From contig NMRA01000132.1 in assembly GCA_002633005.1 (NCBI GenBank), positions 372,001 through 436,000 of the forward strand: a DNA stretch of 64,000 bases, written 5' to 3'. The position numbers and the translations under genes were made by a program. Each line of letters begins with the position of its first letter. Positions within the stretch are counted from its first letter, which is position 1. Origin of the DNA: Phoronis australis (taxonomy: Eukaryota; Animalia; Phoronida). The notes beneath the pieces were generated by a model, which searched no databases, was not told where the DNA came from, and saw only the letters and a list, made by a program, of their open reading frames with translations. Of the stretch, positions 38,610-52,325 are shown one piece after another.

Positions 38610-39350
38610 CACTCTCTCGTGCGGATCCGGTTACCGGTGTGCCCTCAGCGGCAGGTTTTGTCCAAAGTTCCTTAACGGATTTTCATGACATTTGAATCGT
38701 ACAGTAGGTATCTATTAGGGAGATGACGCCACTTTTTCAATTTGAGATGGGTTCGACGTATGTTGCGCCATCTAGAGGCCATTTTTACTTTTTCTCAGTC
38801 TGTTTGTGTATGACACTCTATCGGCCAAACCACTCTAAGGCCGCTGGAAATTGGCAGATATGTTCCTACTGGGAACGGGACGGCTGACCTGCGTTGCGAA
38901 ATACACGCTGACGCGGTGTCCCGGGGCCAGTGGATTTGCGGCCGGGACAGTAACTTTTAAAAGTTAACTTGACACCTAGGCCAGTAAATTTTCAGACTGA
39001 CTGGACCGGCGGGCCAGCACATCTATTTGGTGAAGTTCGAACACTACGGATGACGATGATTTTTGGGCGGCTCTGACTACTGTGGCGCCTCCAAGTGACA
39101 GCTTTGCTTTTTTCACATCCGCAACTTTTCCTCCTAAACCCCTGCGAGATCGTTGTAAAATTTGGCAAGTGTATAAATGACAACGAATGACAACGCCTTT
39201 TGAACGTATCTGACTACTGCTGTGCCCCCTAGTGCCAGATTTATTTATTTACAATACGATCTTGGCAGGTGTGCTCCTGTTTGGGAGTCAGCATTGCTGA
39301 CTTGCTGTGCGCCTCCTGGAGACCATTGCTCCCTTTAGTGGGAATGTTTA
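38610..39350 (+). mobile_element. Degenerate HINE-like internal repeat array
   Basis: Recurring units such as GGATTTTCATGACATTTG, TTGCGCCATCTAGAGGCCATTTTT, TGTGCCCCCTAGTG. Confidence 0.6.
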
Positions 39351-41898
39351 AAATAGTGACCATCCTTTGTACCTGCCCCATACCAAGGCATCCACTTGTA
39401 CTCATCAGCTGGCATTCGGGTCACTTCTAAGTATAATATGGCGTCATTAGGTCAAACTCTAAGACCATAAGATGGCAGACTTGATTCGTCGTTGTTACAG
39501 AAAGGTAAAAAGAAGGGAAATAATACATACCGTGTAAAACCACAGGTTATTCCATAACTGCCAAAAAGAATTAGGTTTAGTTAGTACTAGCTCACTGAAC
39601 AAGTATTTTGCCCCCATAGTCGATATTTCTTCTGATATATGTCCATTTCCCAGAATCTAGAAGAAAATTCGACGGACATTCTGCTCTTTTTGAGCCAAAC
39701 GGGGGCGCAGATCAACGCACTACGTGGCTCGTTAAAACATGTTTGCAGCATCAGTCTCGTCACTCATGACTAAGCGTGATGAACGGTTCACTTAAAAAAC
39801 ACGCGATAAGTCACCGCGAGAAGTCATTTGTCGGACAGCTGAGATGAACAGAAACGTCTTTGAGTTTTTAACACAAGAAAATGCAAGAAATTGACACTAG
39901 GTTATTTAAGGGGATGCGACACAGCTTTAATTTGTCTTACTTGTTTTTGTTCATATGCTGAATGTTGGATTTTGCCTAGTAGGCCAACTACATGTACAAA
40001 TCGGTATTTTCGTTACAGGCGCCTAAACAAAGGTATCTCTGACAAAAATGTGAAATTTATATGGGTGACTGAAAAGTCACCTCTAATTACATTAATGACT
40101 TGAATCCTTTTGATAACGGATTGATTTCGTTGCATGATGTCTGTTCTATGTTTCAACGACTTTAATTAAATTTCCTGGTTTACTAATTTCCTAATGCGCC
40201 GGCCTGAGAAAACATTATTTATTTTGAGTGCCTCAAATTTTACCTTTTAGGCTTCTACACTAAAAGTTATACCGCAAACTACATTATCCTTCATGTTTTA
40301 TTTTGACAGAAAAATAACCTTCAAACAAATAAGTTAAAACCTGTTACTGCACAAATAATACAAGACAAAATGAAAGTTACAATAAAGTCATAGACTCATT
40401 ACAATTTTGAAACGGGATACGGATATTTTTTTCTGAAAATTTGGTTACACGTAACCTCAAGAAATCATACAAGCGTTGCGAGAAATACGCATGTCAGCTT
40501 CAGAAAGTCTTTATCGAATCAACAAACAAGTTTTCAACAAATACCATTAATATAACAATCTTTAACCCACAAGAAACCAGCAACAAACAAACCCAGCCCA
40601 ATAGCAAATACGCGGGAAGATGGCGATCGGAAAGACCCCGCGATCCTAGACCCTCACCTTCATTTGTAAGTGTCTCTTGATAAGGGATCAATGCTTTTCC
40701 GTACAAAGACCTGAGATACTGAAGCAATTGTTCTACAAACAATGCTTCTGGTGTGAACTTTTTGTGCACCTCAAAACTAGATGGAGTTTGTTCCCGGGTA
40801 CCACTTTCAATATATACCAATCTTTGCCTCAGCAAGAAACAAAGGTAGCCCCGATAGCGCTTTTTTATAAAATGTCCCTAAAATTTTGTGTTTTTTCAAT
40901 AAATTCATAAATTTCTTACTAAAATTTTAGCCAAGGTATCAGAAAGCCTGTGCACTAGTATTCAGTAAAAATGTGCATGCATATTTATCTGTGTATCGTT
41001 ACCGCCTCAGTAGGCAAGAGATTACACAAGGCCCCCACAAATACACTACTTGCTGGCTGTTCACGCTTATATTGATCTTTTGTCAAAATGTGGAAATTAT
41101 AGTACAATGTGAAATTTAAGTTGTCGCGTAATCACGAAGGCGTTATGCGTCATCAATGTCTCGCTTTTCTCACAGACATGACTATGTTCAGGATGACATC
41201 ACTGGTTATGCTATGTTGCAAGTATAGTGCAGAAATGGTCTTGTGCACAAGTTTTCGTCGGTATTCTTTAGATCGGGGTATTTCATTGCAGGGCACGTTT
41301 TCGCAAAATTATATGTTTTTGAATGCTAATTTCCGATTGAAACGTAGTGTTTTTAACTCCGTCTGGTGTGTTGATTATTCTGATGTTTGCGAAGTGAGTA
41401 CGAATTAAAGGGTCTGGATGAAATGTTTATGCTCTTTTCACCTGTGGTAACGGTTAAATTGAAATCTCGGTCATCACTTATGGTCTGGTCGTACTACAGT
41501 CGACCTCGCTGCAAACATAATATCGCTGTCGTCGGTCACGACATGCACGCGGACACGGATAGAAGTCTCCGTTGTCGTGAAGGTAAGAAAACGCGTTGCT
41601 GCATTGGCTTCGTCAGAATTGTTGGGTTGATTCTAGAAATCATGTAGGAAAAATATCGAATCCTCGAACTCTTCTCACGTTTATCGAGCTTTCTGCCGCC
41701 GGAGTAGCAGCCCACACGTTGAACAATGAAAACCCCAATTAAGCAAGTTCCATAAAAAATGCAAAACTGGAAATCAGATTTTGCGACCGACTGCTAGACA
41801 CACGGTTGAACCACTACACTTCAACCGTAAAGTAGTCTAAGAAAACCGAATCTGTTGCGTAAAATATATGCAAGAGCTTAACAATATTTATTTTAAAA

Positions 41899-41938
41899 AC
41901 ATACCATTCACATACCATTCACATACCGTTCACATACC
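41899..41938 (+). repeat. 11-bp tandem repeat, ~4 copies
   Basis: ACATACCATTC units. Confidence 0.8.
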
Positions 41939-42087
41939 AGTGGGCAGTATACGAGAGACAAGTCACAAACAAACACAGTCCATAGCAAATAGACGGGAAA
42001 ATGGTGACCGGAACTACTCACGACACTAGCGACGAAAAAATGAGCAAGTCACCATTACCCTTTCGGCAGTGAACAGGAGGAACCGTT

Positions 42088-43217
42088 GTGTGTCATCTCT
42101 GTCCTGGTGTCCGGCGTCCACAGCTGTATCTCCTAAATCCCTCATAGGATCTTAATGATATTTGGCAGATGTGTTTCTATAAAGCTGACGACGGATGACG
42201 ACGAATTTCGTACCGATCCGACCACCGCTGTGCCCCCTAGTAGCAATTTTATTTTTTACGGTTTCTTCTTATCTTTGGAATCCTTGGATGGATTAGGCAG
42301 ATAAGTTTCTATTAAGGCGACGAGGACATTTTTCCATTTTCAGATGGCTTTGACGATTCTGAGCCCTCTAGTGGCCATTTAAAAAAAATTCGGGACAATT
42401 TCTTGGGGTCCAATTTCTATCTGCCAAACCGCTTGAAGAATCATCGATTTTGTCTTTTTTGCGTCTGCGACCGAATCTCCTTAACCCATTGAAGGAGCTA
42501 TGTGAAATTTAAAAGATGTGTTCCTATGGAACCGGCGACAAACAGTAACAAGTGTCGAACTGATCCAAATACCACTGTGCCCACTAGTTGCAAAATGTTT
42601 TATACGCTTGTCTCTGTATCTTCGGGGCTTATTAATATATTTTAATGAAATTCGGAAATAGGTTTCTATTAAAGAGGCGACAACGCCTTCCCATTTTCGG
42701 GTAGATTTGGTGTTTTTTTGCGGAACCTGGTGGCCGTTTAAAAAAATTTGTGTTTGACTTTGACGTCTGCCTCTCTATCTGCCAAACCATTCGAAGGATC
42801 AGGAACTTACAGATGTGTTCGTGATGCAAAGACCTCGGCTCTGGCACACACAAGGGGCAATTTTGCTTTTTTGCGTGTACAGCTGTAGCTCCTTAACCTT
42901 TGAAGGGTCTTTGGCAGATGTACTCCTATAAAAAAGGCAACAGATGACGTTGAGTTTCAGACCAATTGGACTATAGTTGTGCCCCTAGCGTCATTTTTTA
43001 CGTTTGTCTCTATATCTTTGGAGTTCCGTAGCTTTTTTCATGAACTTGGGCAAATAGTTGTGCATTACAGAGACAGCCCCACCTTCTCAATTCGGACGGG
43101 CTTGACACATTCTGTGTCATTAAATTGCTATTTTTATGATACTTTGAAACATCCACAGAAGCACTGCGTTTGCTGTGCTGTTGTGAGCGCATTTCAACGC
43201 TCCGCGTTGCTCTTGTT
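42088..43217 (+). mobile_element. HINE-like element with intact 3' end
   Basis: Repeat units plus terminal GTGAGCGCATTTCAACGCTCCGCGTTGCTCTTGTT. Confidence 0.72.
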
Positions 43218-44583
43218 ACAATTTAAAGAACTTCGAATGGAGAATAAGATTACAAAACTAAACTAGTTATTTTTCAGGGTCTTTCGATAATATAACAAAC
43301 TATGCATCACGTGAATTAATTACTTTTATTTTGTGAACAAGATGATATACGCATAAGCTCGATAAACGTTCAAAACTTTACAGTATGTTTCAGTGTATGT
43401 GCAGTTGAAACACCGAAAGGCGTCTATTTTTTATCTAAAAAATCCAAACATTGAATAAAAATTGTTAATTGTCAATTGAGTATCTACCACTGTGCTGTTA
43501 TCGTCTTTGGCAATAAATGTCCATATTTTTTCCTTTAATATAAATTGTTTTCGACTGAATTATGCACGGTCACCTCGAGATTCGAGTCCGTTCCATTTCA
43601 TAGAAAGTGTAAGTACCGCAGCAGGGGTCAGTCACAATTTGCTGAGACTAGCAATTTCAATTTGAACTTGTAAACGCCGTCTTTACCAAAAACTTAATCA
43701 TATGGCTCGGAATAGTTCCCCATCCTGTGACTAACTCCGTTTTCACGATTGTGGCAAATCACATCGAGAAAAGGTGTCTATAAGTTGCCCACTCGCTGAT
43801 GACATGCAAGCGATTAATTTTGTTTGGCGAGTAAACCAGCCAACAGAAGGATAAAGGTTAATAGAAGTCTGCATGATATTTTCGAGTCTCTGGGGAACTC
43901 TGTGTAAAATTCGGTTTGTTTACTCTTCGTGACTCTCCAGAGCATAGATCACAGTTCGAAAATGACGTCATGCCGACGTCGTCTGCTCAACGATTTAAAA
44001 AATACCAAAGCTTGCTGCTTGCCAGCTTACTACAAATTAATACGGTTCCCCAATGTATAATCGCCATCATATTCTGAAAGTTTGGCTGAGATCAGTGATT
44101 TATTTTCTCAGCTGGAATCTATGTGTAGCCTATAAAACATTCAAACATCAATACATTGATCGGTCGGAAAATGTATTAACGAACCTTAGAAGCAGTCAGC
44201 GCCCTTAAAGCCGGAAAAGGCGTAGCTATTGTCGGAGCTATTTTTGTGAGCTGGCGTTATGGCCTTCTGGTGTTCTTCTTTCTACCGTTGTGAAGTGTGA
44301 AGGACATATAGCTGTCTTAGTTAGTACTCGTGCGTTCAATTCGTAACTTCAAAGGTTAACCAGTGTGTCACCGCTTATTACCCAAAATGCTCGGGGTGAG
44401 ATACTGGACTGGGACTTGATCTATCGGTATCAAAGGTGTAATTTACCGACCGTGACCTGCAAGTCGATCCATCAAGTTTTTCAATGACCATTTTTGCCAC
44501 CACACCCCCTCCCCCTCCAACAATTCAGTGCTATTTGTCGTTTCGTTCTGACTTTCACAAGGTGCCAACTCCTAAACGATGTG

Positions 44584-44740
44584 CTGGGGCGGATCCAGGA
44601 TTTTGAGTTAGGGGGGCCAGGGCAGAGTATTAGCCAGGATTTTAACCGTCAGACATTCGCACCCCCGTACTGCCAAATGGAATCTGGGAGAATTTTAGGG
44701 GGGGCATGACCCCCTTGTCTCCCCTTTAAATCCGCCACTG
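44584..44740. mobile_element. hAT-like MITE, same family
   Basis: TIRs, 5-bp TSD atgtg. Confidence 0.78.
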
Positions 44741-45413
44741 ATGTGTGTGTGTTTTTACTTAAGATTTCATTACTGTGTTCTCTTTCGCGCACCCAGCACC
44801 CAGCCTATAAAATGGGGGGATCGAATTTTTGATAAAAGTGGACCTTTTACTAAGATTCGCGGGGAACGTTGAGAGCTATGAATTGTGCATTCTCCGAATT
44901 TTGGTAGTTCCTGCCTTTTTAGTGAACGTTTGTCTCGTTTTCTACTTTTTTCAGAGTTTATGTTTCTCTGTGGCGGACCGTTTTGCCCACTTCCCCAAAT
45001 TGGGGGGAGGGGGCTCGTTCGAGCCCCCCTCCCCTGGGTGCGCGCATGAAGAGGACACCCAATTTTCATTTTACATCACGAACACCGATCAAAACCACCT
45101 CAGAATATACTGAAATTCAAAAAGTAATTAAGTCATTGTCTACCTTTCTTTCAGAGGACATTCCATTTCCTACTCTTATGTTAGTCAAAGATAGGAATAT
45201 CACGTGCGAGCAAGGTCAGAGGTCAGTGTTTGTTGCCCCCACCTGGACATGCACAAATATCAAGTAAGAACCTAATTTCTATTCTTACGAGCTCATACAT
45301 GTGTAAGCCCGTATTGACATCACCTCTGTCCAGCGTCCGCCCATTGTGCCTTCTGAGCTCAATGCACGTAACTTTGTATTTTGCGACCACGGGAAGGTGA
45401 ACAAAAGGTTACC

Positions 45414-46410
45414 TTTTTATGCGCCCACATATTTATATGTTGTCGCATATTGCCGTCATCTCTGTCCAGGCGTCCGGCGACCGTCGTCCGGTGTCTCGCG
45501 TCCGCAACTGTATCTCCTAAACTCCTTACAGAATCTTGATGAGATTTGGCAGACATGTTTCTATGAAGCTGACGACGGATGACTACAAATTTCAGACATC
45601 TTCAAGTACACGTGTGCCCCCTAGTGGCAATTTTAGTTTTTACGCTTACCTCTGTATCTTAGAAAGACCTCAACGGATTTTCATAAAATTGTCATTTATG
45701 CATATACTTGTGAGATGACGCTAGTCTTCCGTTTTCGGATAAATTCAACGTGTTTTGGGCCACGTAGTGGCCATTTTTACTGTTTTCGAGTCTGTTTTTG
45801 GCGTTCACTCTTCTATCAATCAAACTACTCTAGGTATGATTTTGAAAATTGGCATATATGTTCTTACTGTGAAGAGGGTGGCTGACGATGATTTTCCGAC
45901 GAATTCGACTACTGTAGCGCCTCTTAGTGGCAGTTTTGTTTGTTTTTGCGCCCATGGCTGCATCTCCTAAATGCTGTACAGGATCTTTACTGAATTTTAC
46001 TGGTGTATTTTTGTGAATTTGAAAGCAGAGTACAACGGATCGGACTATCGGTGTGCCCCCTATTGGCATTTTTTTGGTTTTTATGTTTACCTCTGTATCT
46101 TCAAAGGTTCTCAACAGATTTTCATAAAATTTAGCAAAGAAGCATCTATTAGTATGGTGACGCTATCCTCTGGTTTTCGATTGAATTTGAGGTATTTTGC
46201 ACCACCTAGTGGCCATTTTACTATTTTCGAGTCTGTTTTTCGGCATCTGCCCCTCTGTCAACCAAACCACTCTAAGGATGATTGTGGAAATTCGCATGTG
46301 TGTTCCTAATGTGAAGAGAAGGGCTGACGATTTTCGGACGTCTTCGACTACTGTGATGTATCTAGTGGTCATTTTTACTATTTTTGCCCTCTGCATCTGT
46401 ATTCTCTAAA
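45414..46410 (+). mobile_element. HINE-like element, 3'-truncated
   Basis: TTTTTATGCGCCCACATATTTATATG head and about six repeat units. Confidence 0.75.
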
Positions 46411-49400
46411 CTGCTCAGCAAACACGTATAACAATCAATCATGCTTATCGCGATCCCCTATTGATATTTTGGGGGGTTACCCAGCTGAAATATTCACTGT
46501 TGCCATGGTGATCAGGTATTTTTCCAGCAAAAATCATCAACTTCAGGTTTGAGGAAGGGACCGTTTGCTACGCTGAATTGGGTTTCGTTACCATGTGTAC
46601 CGTTGCAATGGTAACTAAGTATTTTGCGCACGGCACGTAACGGCGATATTTTCAAGAATATAAAACGTCGTTGCTCTATCATAACCAGTAAAGAAACTTG
46701 ATAATCCAAAAAGGCAGTTCATGTACCCAAACATGGAAATAACTTTTTTACAAAGTTATTTCCATGATAAAAACAACATAAAATCTGCACTCACTAATGC
46801 AACAGATTTACGTAAATCAGTTACTAGAAGCAAACACTTAACGCTAGTTTGTGAACACCAGTAACACAGTTTTGAATATCAAAAATGGTTGCTAATGGCA
46901 ACTAATGCAAATATACCTGTCAATTGCTTCTTTAAAACTGCATCAAACACACACGAAAGAATGGATTAAATAACGCATATACTTATGAATTTGTCATAGG
47001 TGTACTTCAATTACCACCTTTACCTTTGGTGTAATATTAAAAATCCAATAAAGTGTTGTCATGACTGCAAATATGCAATCAAGACAAAGTCGGTGGCATT
47101 GCTTTATAATTTTCTCATTCTTGGAAGTGGGTAGAATCTTGGGGCTCTTTGCATGTGGATAAAATCGTGGGGTTCTTTGAGTGTTTGGAAGAAAACTTGA
47201 GTATTTACAAAGATGTTTTTATAAATTATTTAAAAGTTCATAATTTGCTCATGTTTGTTACAATTAGAAATAGTACAGTACATGGCAAATTGATAGAAAA
47301 CATAAGAAAAATGGCGACTGGCCTTATATCACAACAAACGTCGTGGCTTTAAATTTAGTGCGTGTCCGTGCCCATATATTCGGGATTTCGGGATCGTTTT
47401 ATTTTTCAGTGTTTCCGGAAAATGCTTTATTTTGCCTTTAATGTCATTAGCATTAAACCCGGCAGAGCAAGAGCTACCAAAGCCTAGAGTAAATTTACAT
47501 AATTTTGCATAAATCTGGCTGACTCTCATATTCCTTTCAACCCCGAATCTCGACAGCATAGCAAAATGTTGTTACTAAATGCTTGAAATGTAAGCGCTCG
47601 GGGTACATGTGTACATGTTTGTTGCAACATCTGCGCTACTGTTTCAAAACACGTGACGAGGATTTTGTTTGCGAGACGGGGGAGAGATACCGTCGTTTCC
47701 CACCGTAGGTGTGATAAAAATACCAATTGAAGATGTTTATAGTGAGAAGCAGTAACGGTTATCGTATTGTTGTTTGTTAAAATATAATCTCGTCGCCCAC
47801 ATGTCCTTGTGAAAACTGGGGAATTCACTTCGCGTCACACCTTCAATTCCAGCGGCTTTCTCACACGAGAGACTTTCACATCCAAAACACGTCAAGTCTG
47901 TATTCAAAATAGCTGGTGGCGTTGGGTGCATTTATTTCATACCAGCACATTTCATGACTTATTTGATTTGATTATCAACGAAAGACATGACTAGTCTGGT
48001 AATCAACACGAACCTGAATGAGTCGTTGGAAGGCATTACTTCACTTAACAATGCATCAAGATAACCATGCGACCTTTTGGCGTTATACTCCTCGGCAGTT
48101 GTGTACTCGATACTCAATATAATATATAAACTTTTTTGCATTGTTCCTTCACTTGGAAATATTTTCCAGTTACTCAATTCTCCTTGTCTCTTCTTGTTTA
48201 TACAGTTCACGAAAATACCTGTCCAAATTTGTAGAAGATGAAAGCGACTTAATGACTCATTTTGATTATATTTGCTATTAATTCCACCGCATGGGTTGAC
48301 TTTTTTTGCTCTTAATTTTCTAGCAAATTATCTGGTTTATTATTTGAAAAATTCTATGTGGTCTAGAAATAAATTTGAAATTTCGCCCAGTTTAGCTGGC
48401 TTAAAAACGAAAATCGAATTCTCGCTTGATTAGTATGACGTCATTTTGACGATTTGCACCCAGGCAAATGAAATTAAAATATCAAAATTAAAAACAATAA
48501 TAAGTAGTCCAGATTTATGTAGCCTGAAAATTAGTAGGCACTTCGAAAATTATTACTTTGCTATACATATAGATCTTGTCAATCGTAATCATTTTCAACT
48601 CCCAAGGAGCGTACAACCGTTGTTGCAGCACACCGATTACTCCAAACATATAAGTCTGTAAACATTTAAATGCAAAATTGCCCCGTGGTTACCTCAATCT
48701 CAAAAAATCCTAAGACCTGCAAAATCTTTGAAAATATGAATGTGACTCTGAATTTCTATTCCTATTTGTGGATGCAAGTTACGTCATAATATCTTCTGAT
48801 ACGTCATCACTAAACATCCGAATAGCGTTATGTTTCAATTACTAACTAAATTCACATGCAATGCGTACATGCGCCATTTTCGAATTGCGTCACGACCCAT
48901 TGTTTACAGTCAGATATCAGCATTAGGCCGTCCTTAAAATATTTTGATTTCTCTTCACCCCACCCATATTCTTCTGAAATGGATGGGTCCGTGGGTAACA
49001 TTTTCCATTTTTCATTGTCTGAGCATTTTATGCGAAATGTTCCTTTTTGTATCTGAAAAATAAACTTGATTTTAATTTCGATTAAAATTATGCATGACTA
49101 AGGCATAGCCATCATAGTTTATGTTTACTGAAACGCTTGGACGTTGCCTTACGATATTCCATTAGGTCGTTGACAGCGCTTTTAACATTCACATTAGCCT
49201 CTATAATTTATATAAGTTCTCTGATAATAAGAAACCGTCTGGTCACAAATCTATTTAGTTGAGTGCACTTCACAAAATTATACATTTGTCGACGTCGCAG
49301 ACAAGTCATTTGAAGAATATTATCAAGCAATTTTGGATTTTCCACGAAGGACCTCCTGGTTTTGTTTATTAATTTCGTGGATACAACGACTCCAACTGCT

Positions 49401-50193
49401 TGTTCGACGATATTGAATTGGTTGACAAATATGGATTTGTCAGGTTCTGTTAATCACGAAGTGTTGAACATGCGACGCGCTGTTAATAAAACGTTTTGTG
49501 ACAGACCCTCGTCTCTAAAATTTTCTAATTAGCAAGTTAAGCGATATTTGGCCCGGTGACGTTGTTGTTTCTCTCGAATGTTCATCAATGTTGTATTCGA
49601 AACTGATTACTGTTAATGTTGCTTAATCGATTTTCACTTACATTTGAGACGGTGGCCTAAAGGTCAAGGACATTCCTCTGCGGCTGCTTGTTCAGGCTAC
49701 CCGAACTAAACGATTCACTCACTCGTAAACATGCGGATCTGTGTAACTCAGCTCACTGACTCCCAAACACAGCCCGCTCTTATAAAACATTGTTTACCCA
49801 CCAAAAAAAAAACGCGAATCGCCGTCTCGCTTCAATAAGAATCACGTGCAAGACTCGGCGAAGAGTTCGTCAGCCGCGTTTACAGATCCCGGAGTTGTGT
49901 TTGCGCTCCACTTAAGAGATGCGTTTATAAGTCACAGTGTGAAAATTCGGACGATTTTCTATGTTGTGGACAGGTTCTGTGGACTTCTATTTATCTTTTC
50001 GTATTTTTTTCAATAAAATTGCCTCTTGCAATAAGCCAGTGTATGGATGGAGAGGACGGTGAACTCTCATTAAAAGCCTAATCACTGTATCAAGTTTATC
50101 TGTGTGGTCACGAGATCTGAACGAAGTCCAAATGGCAACGTTTCTTAAACTATAAAGTCCTACAACAACTAAGTAATTTGAATCCAGCCAGCC

Positions 50194-50310
50194 GTTCAGT
50201 ATCGCTAGGACCTCGCTAGATTACGTGAGATATTGCCGTGTTTAAGTGAGAACACATGATTTTGGCTAGATTTTAGCGAGTTCCTCGCGTAGGTCCTAGC
50301 GTTACTGAAC
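50194..50310. repeat. Short MITE-like inverted repeat
   Basis: GTTCAGTATCGCTAGGACCT versus AGGTCCTAGCGTTACTGAAC (one mismatch). Confidence 0.55.
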
Positions 50311-50642
50311 TCTACCCAGGCGTCCGGAATTCGTCGATGAAACGCATTTAGGTACAAGTAGAAATGAAAAACATGTCTTTGTATGCAACACCGTCCTGGG
50401 GGATTCTATTCCGTTTGTAACAAGTGTTTATCGGGTTCGCACTGTCACTCAGTTTATTTTGGCTCGTGGCGTCAAAATTTGTGAGAAGGCAAGGGCCTGC
50501 CTTGATGTGACGGACACAACACTTACTGAATTGAGGGACATCCGATTTCCCGGAGTCAAAAAAATCCTTGGTTTAAAATTTGCATCATTGACGAGAACGA
50601 GTTTAAATTGTTTTCCAAATGCTTCTTATTTCTTTCCGGTAG

Positions 50643-50793
50643 AGTGAGCGGTGTGCGCATCTCCTATGGGTATCCGCCCAAGCTGAGGTCTGACAAAATG
50701 TGTGGGGACGGCAGCGGCTTAAACAACATTGCCGGACTTTGTCGAGTTTTACTTCACACCATTGGTCTTTCGCACCAAGTTTGGACAGCTTTT
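50643..50793 (+). CDS. Candidate internal exon (VSGVRISYGYPPKLRSDKMCGDGSGLNNIAGLCRVLLHTIGLSHQVWTAF)
   Basis: Long pyrimidine tract with tag acceptor and gtaagt donor; only one open frame; GC-richer than flanks. Confidence 0.4.
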
Positions 50794-52059
50794 GTAAGTA
50801 TGAGTGCTTCGTGCAACGAGTAATGTCTTTTCAAATGTTAAGAAAATGCTCTATTTCTCCTACAGGGCTAAGGCCTTAAGTACGTAGTTTTACGGTTGTA
50901 ACAACTATCATTTCTCCCAAGACCAAAATCATTTCTGATCCAGTAAGGAACACCACAAGAACATCTTTGTAACTGCTGCTGGACCGATCTCTTTGACAGC
51001 GCTAACAGAAATTGCGAATTACACTTCTAACTTTAAGACGTGCTGGTGACCATGAAGCTAAACCCAGCGAGCTGGACTTACAGTTAATCTCACCATGATG
51101 AGCTCTTTCAACCATAAACAAGAAGTGAGAAATTGCACGATTAAGGAGTGACGTTAGCTTGCAAAGACTGGTCAGGTCTTTCAAAAGTGATTCTTTTAGT
51201 ACTTCTTTTACTCGCTAGGCGGGTGCCCTGGATCTGTTTTTCTGTGATGGGGTGGAAACGTTTGTTACGTATGAATAAGAAACCAATTTCAAATGTTGCT
51301 ATGTAGACAGTGAGTTATAATGGAATGTCCGGACGAAGTTTTCTCACAGATTTTAAGTATGATCGAAGGCGGAGACTTGTTGATAGCAAACGCAAAAAGT
51401 AAATAACGAGAACTGCGTCCGCTTCATGGTTAACGGCATGTCGTACATTTACACCAACGTCCAGCATATTTAAATTGGCACGACGTTTCGGCTAGTCAAT
51501 TCTCTCTCTTCAGGTGTAACTATAACGGCTTTCTTAGAAGAGCGAGCGTGACTATGTCGCGGTGCACTTCTGGTGGTCTATGATGAGCAGTTTTTGCCAG
51601 TTTTATCGCACGCGTTTTTGAATGGTAGACCTTTTAATTGCCAGTTCATCACTCTAACCAGTAGACTGAAAGATATCAACATGACAGAGATATCATGCCA
51701 GTCTCCTCAAAATGTGTTTCTCTACACACGCATAAACTGCCCAAATAAAAAGCCATATTCACGTCCGAAGTTGTAATCGCTTGATTAACTAAAAAGTGAC
51801 TTGAACGACGTCTGTTTAGGTTATTTTCAGCACTGGCCAATGTATACGAACAACTTTTGTGGTTGAAAAGTCTAAAGAGAAAAGGAAGAGATAATTATTA
51901 CCCATGCATCACCATTTTGCCAATGGCAATGTTTTTCTTAAAGAAAGTTATGGTAAATCCTGCCAGGAGAGTCGGTTGAGCATGCGCATTCCAAGGGTAA
52001 ATGGCAGCCTTGACAAAACCTCACCCATTGAACATACCGGTAGACTTTGCGAACTTTCA

Positions 52060-52230
52060 TTTTCGCTGGCACCTGGACAGGAAGATTACACTGTGTCTGA
52101 TCACATTTTAACACTTCATACTTTCATTCAAAAGTGTTTATCAAAGGCAAAGGCAAGTCAGAAACGACGACAAAAAAGCCGTGCTTGTTATGTTCTGATC
52201 TCAGGCAAGTGCTTGTCTCACAACTGAGTG
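52060..52230 (+). mobile_element. Small LINE reverse-transcriptase fragment
   Basis: TVSDHILTLHTFIQKCLSK...ACYV resembles the T-x-DHIFTL-x-TLI-x-KY...ACFVDF region of non-LTR RTs. Confidence 0.5.
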
Positions 52231-52325
52231 CATATTCTGATCTTTGAGGTTCATTACACTGGCGGATTTAGAGGGGGCCAAGGGTGCCATGCCCCCCTCC
52301 CTAAAATTCTCCCAGATTCCATTAA

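Noticed and set aside
50730-50780. Astacin/metzincin zinc motif in RVLLHTIGLSHQ
   Set aside because: First His and catalytic Glu of HExxHxxGxxH are absent and no other astacin motifs are visible.
51475-51520. Penelope-like terminal signature (ACGTTTCGG...TTCAGG; also ~2540-2575)
   Set aside because: Too short, with no associated RT or GIY-YIG sequence.
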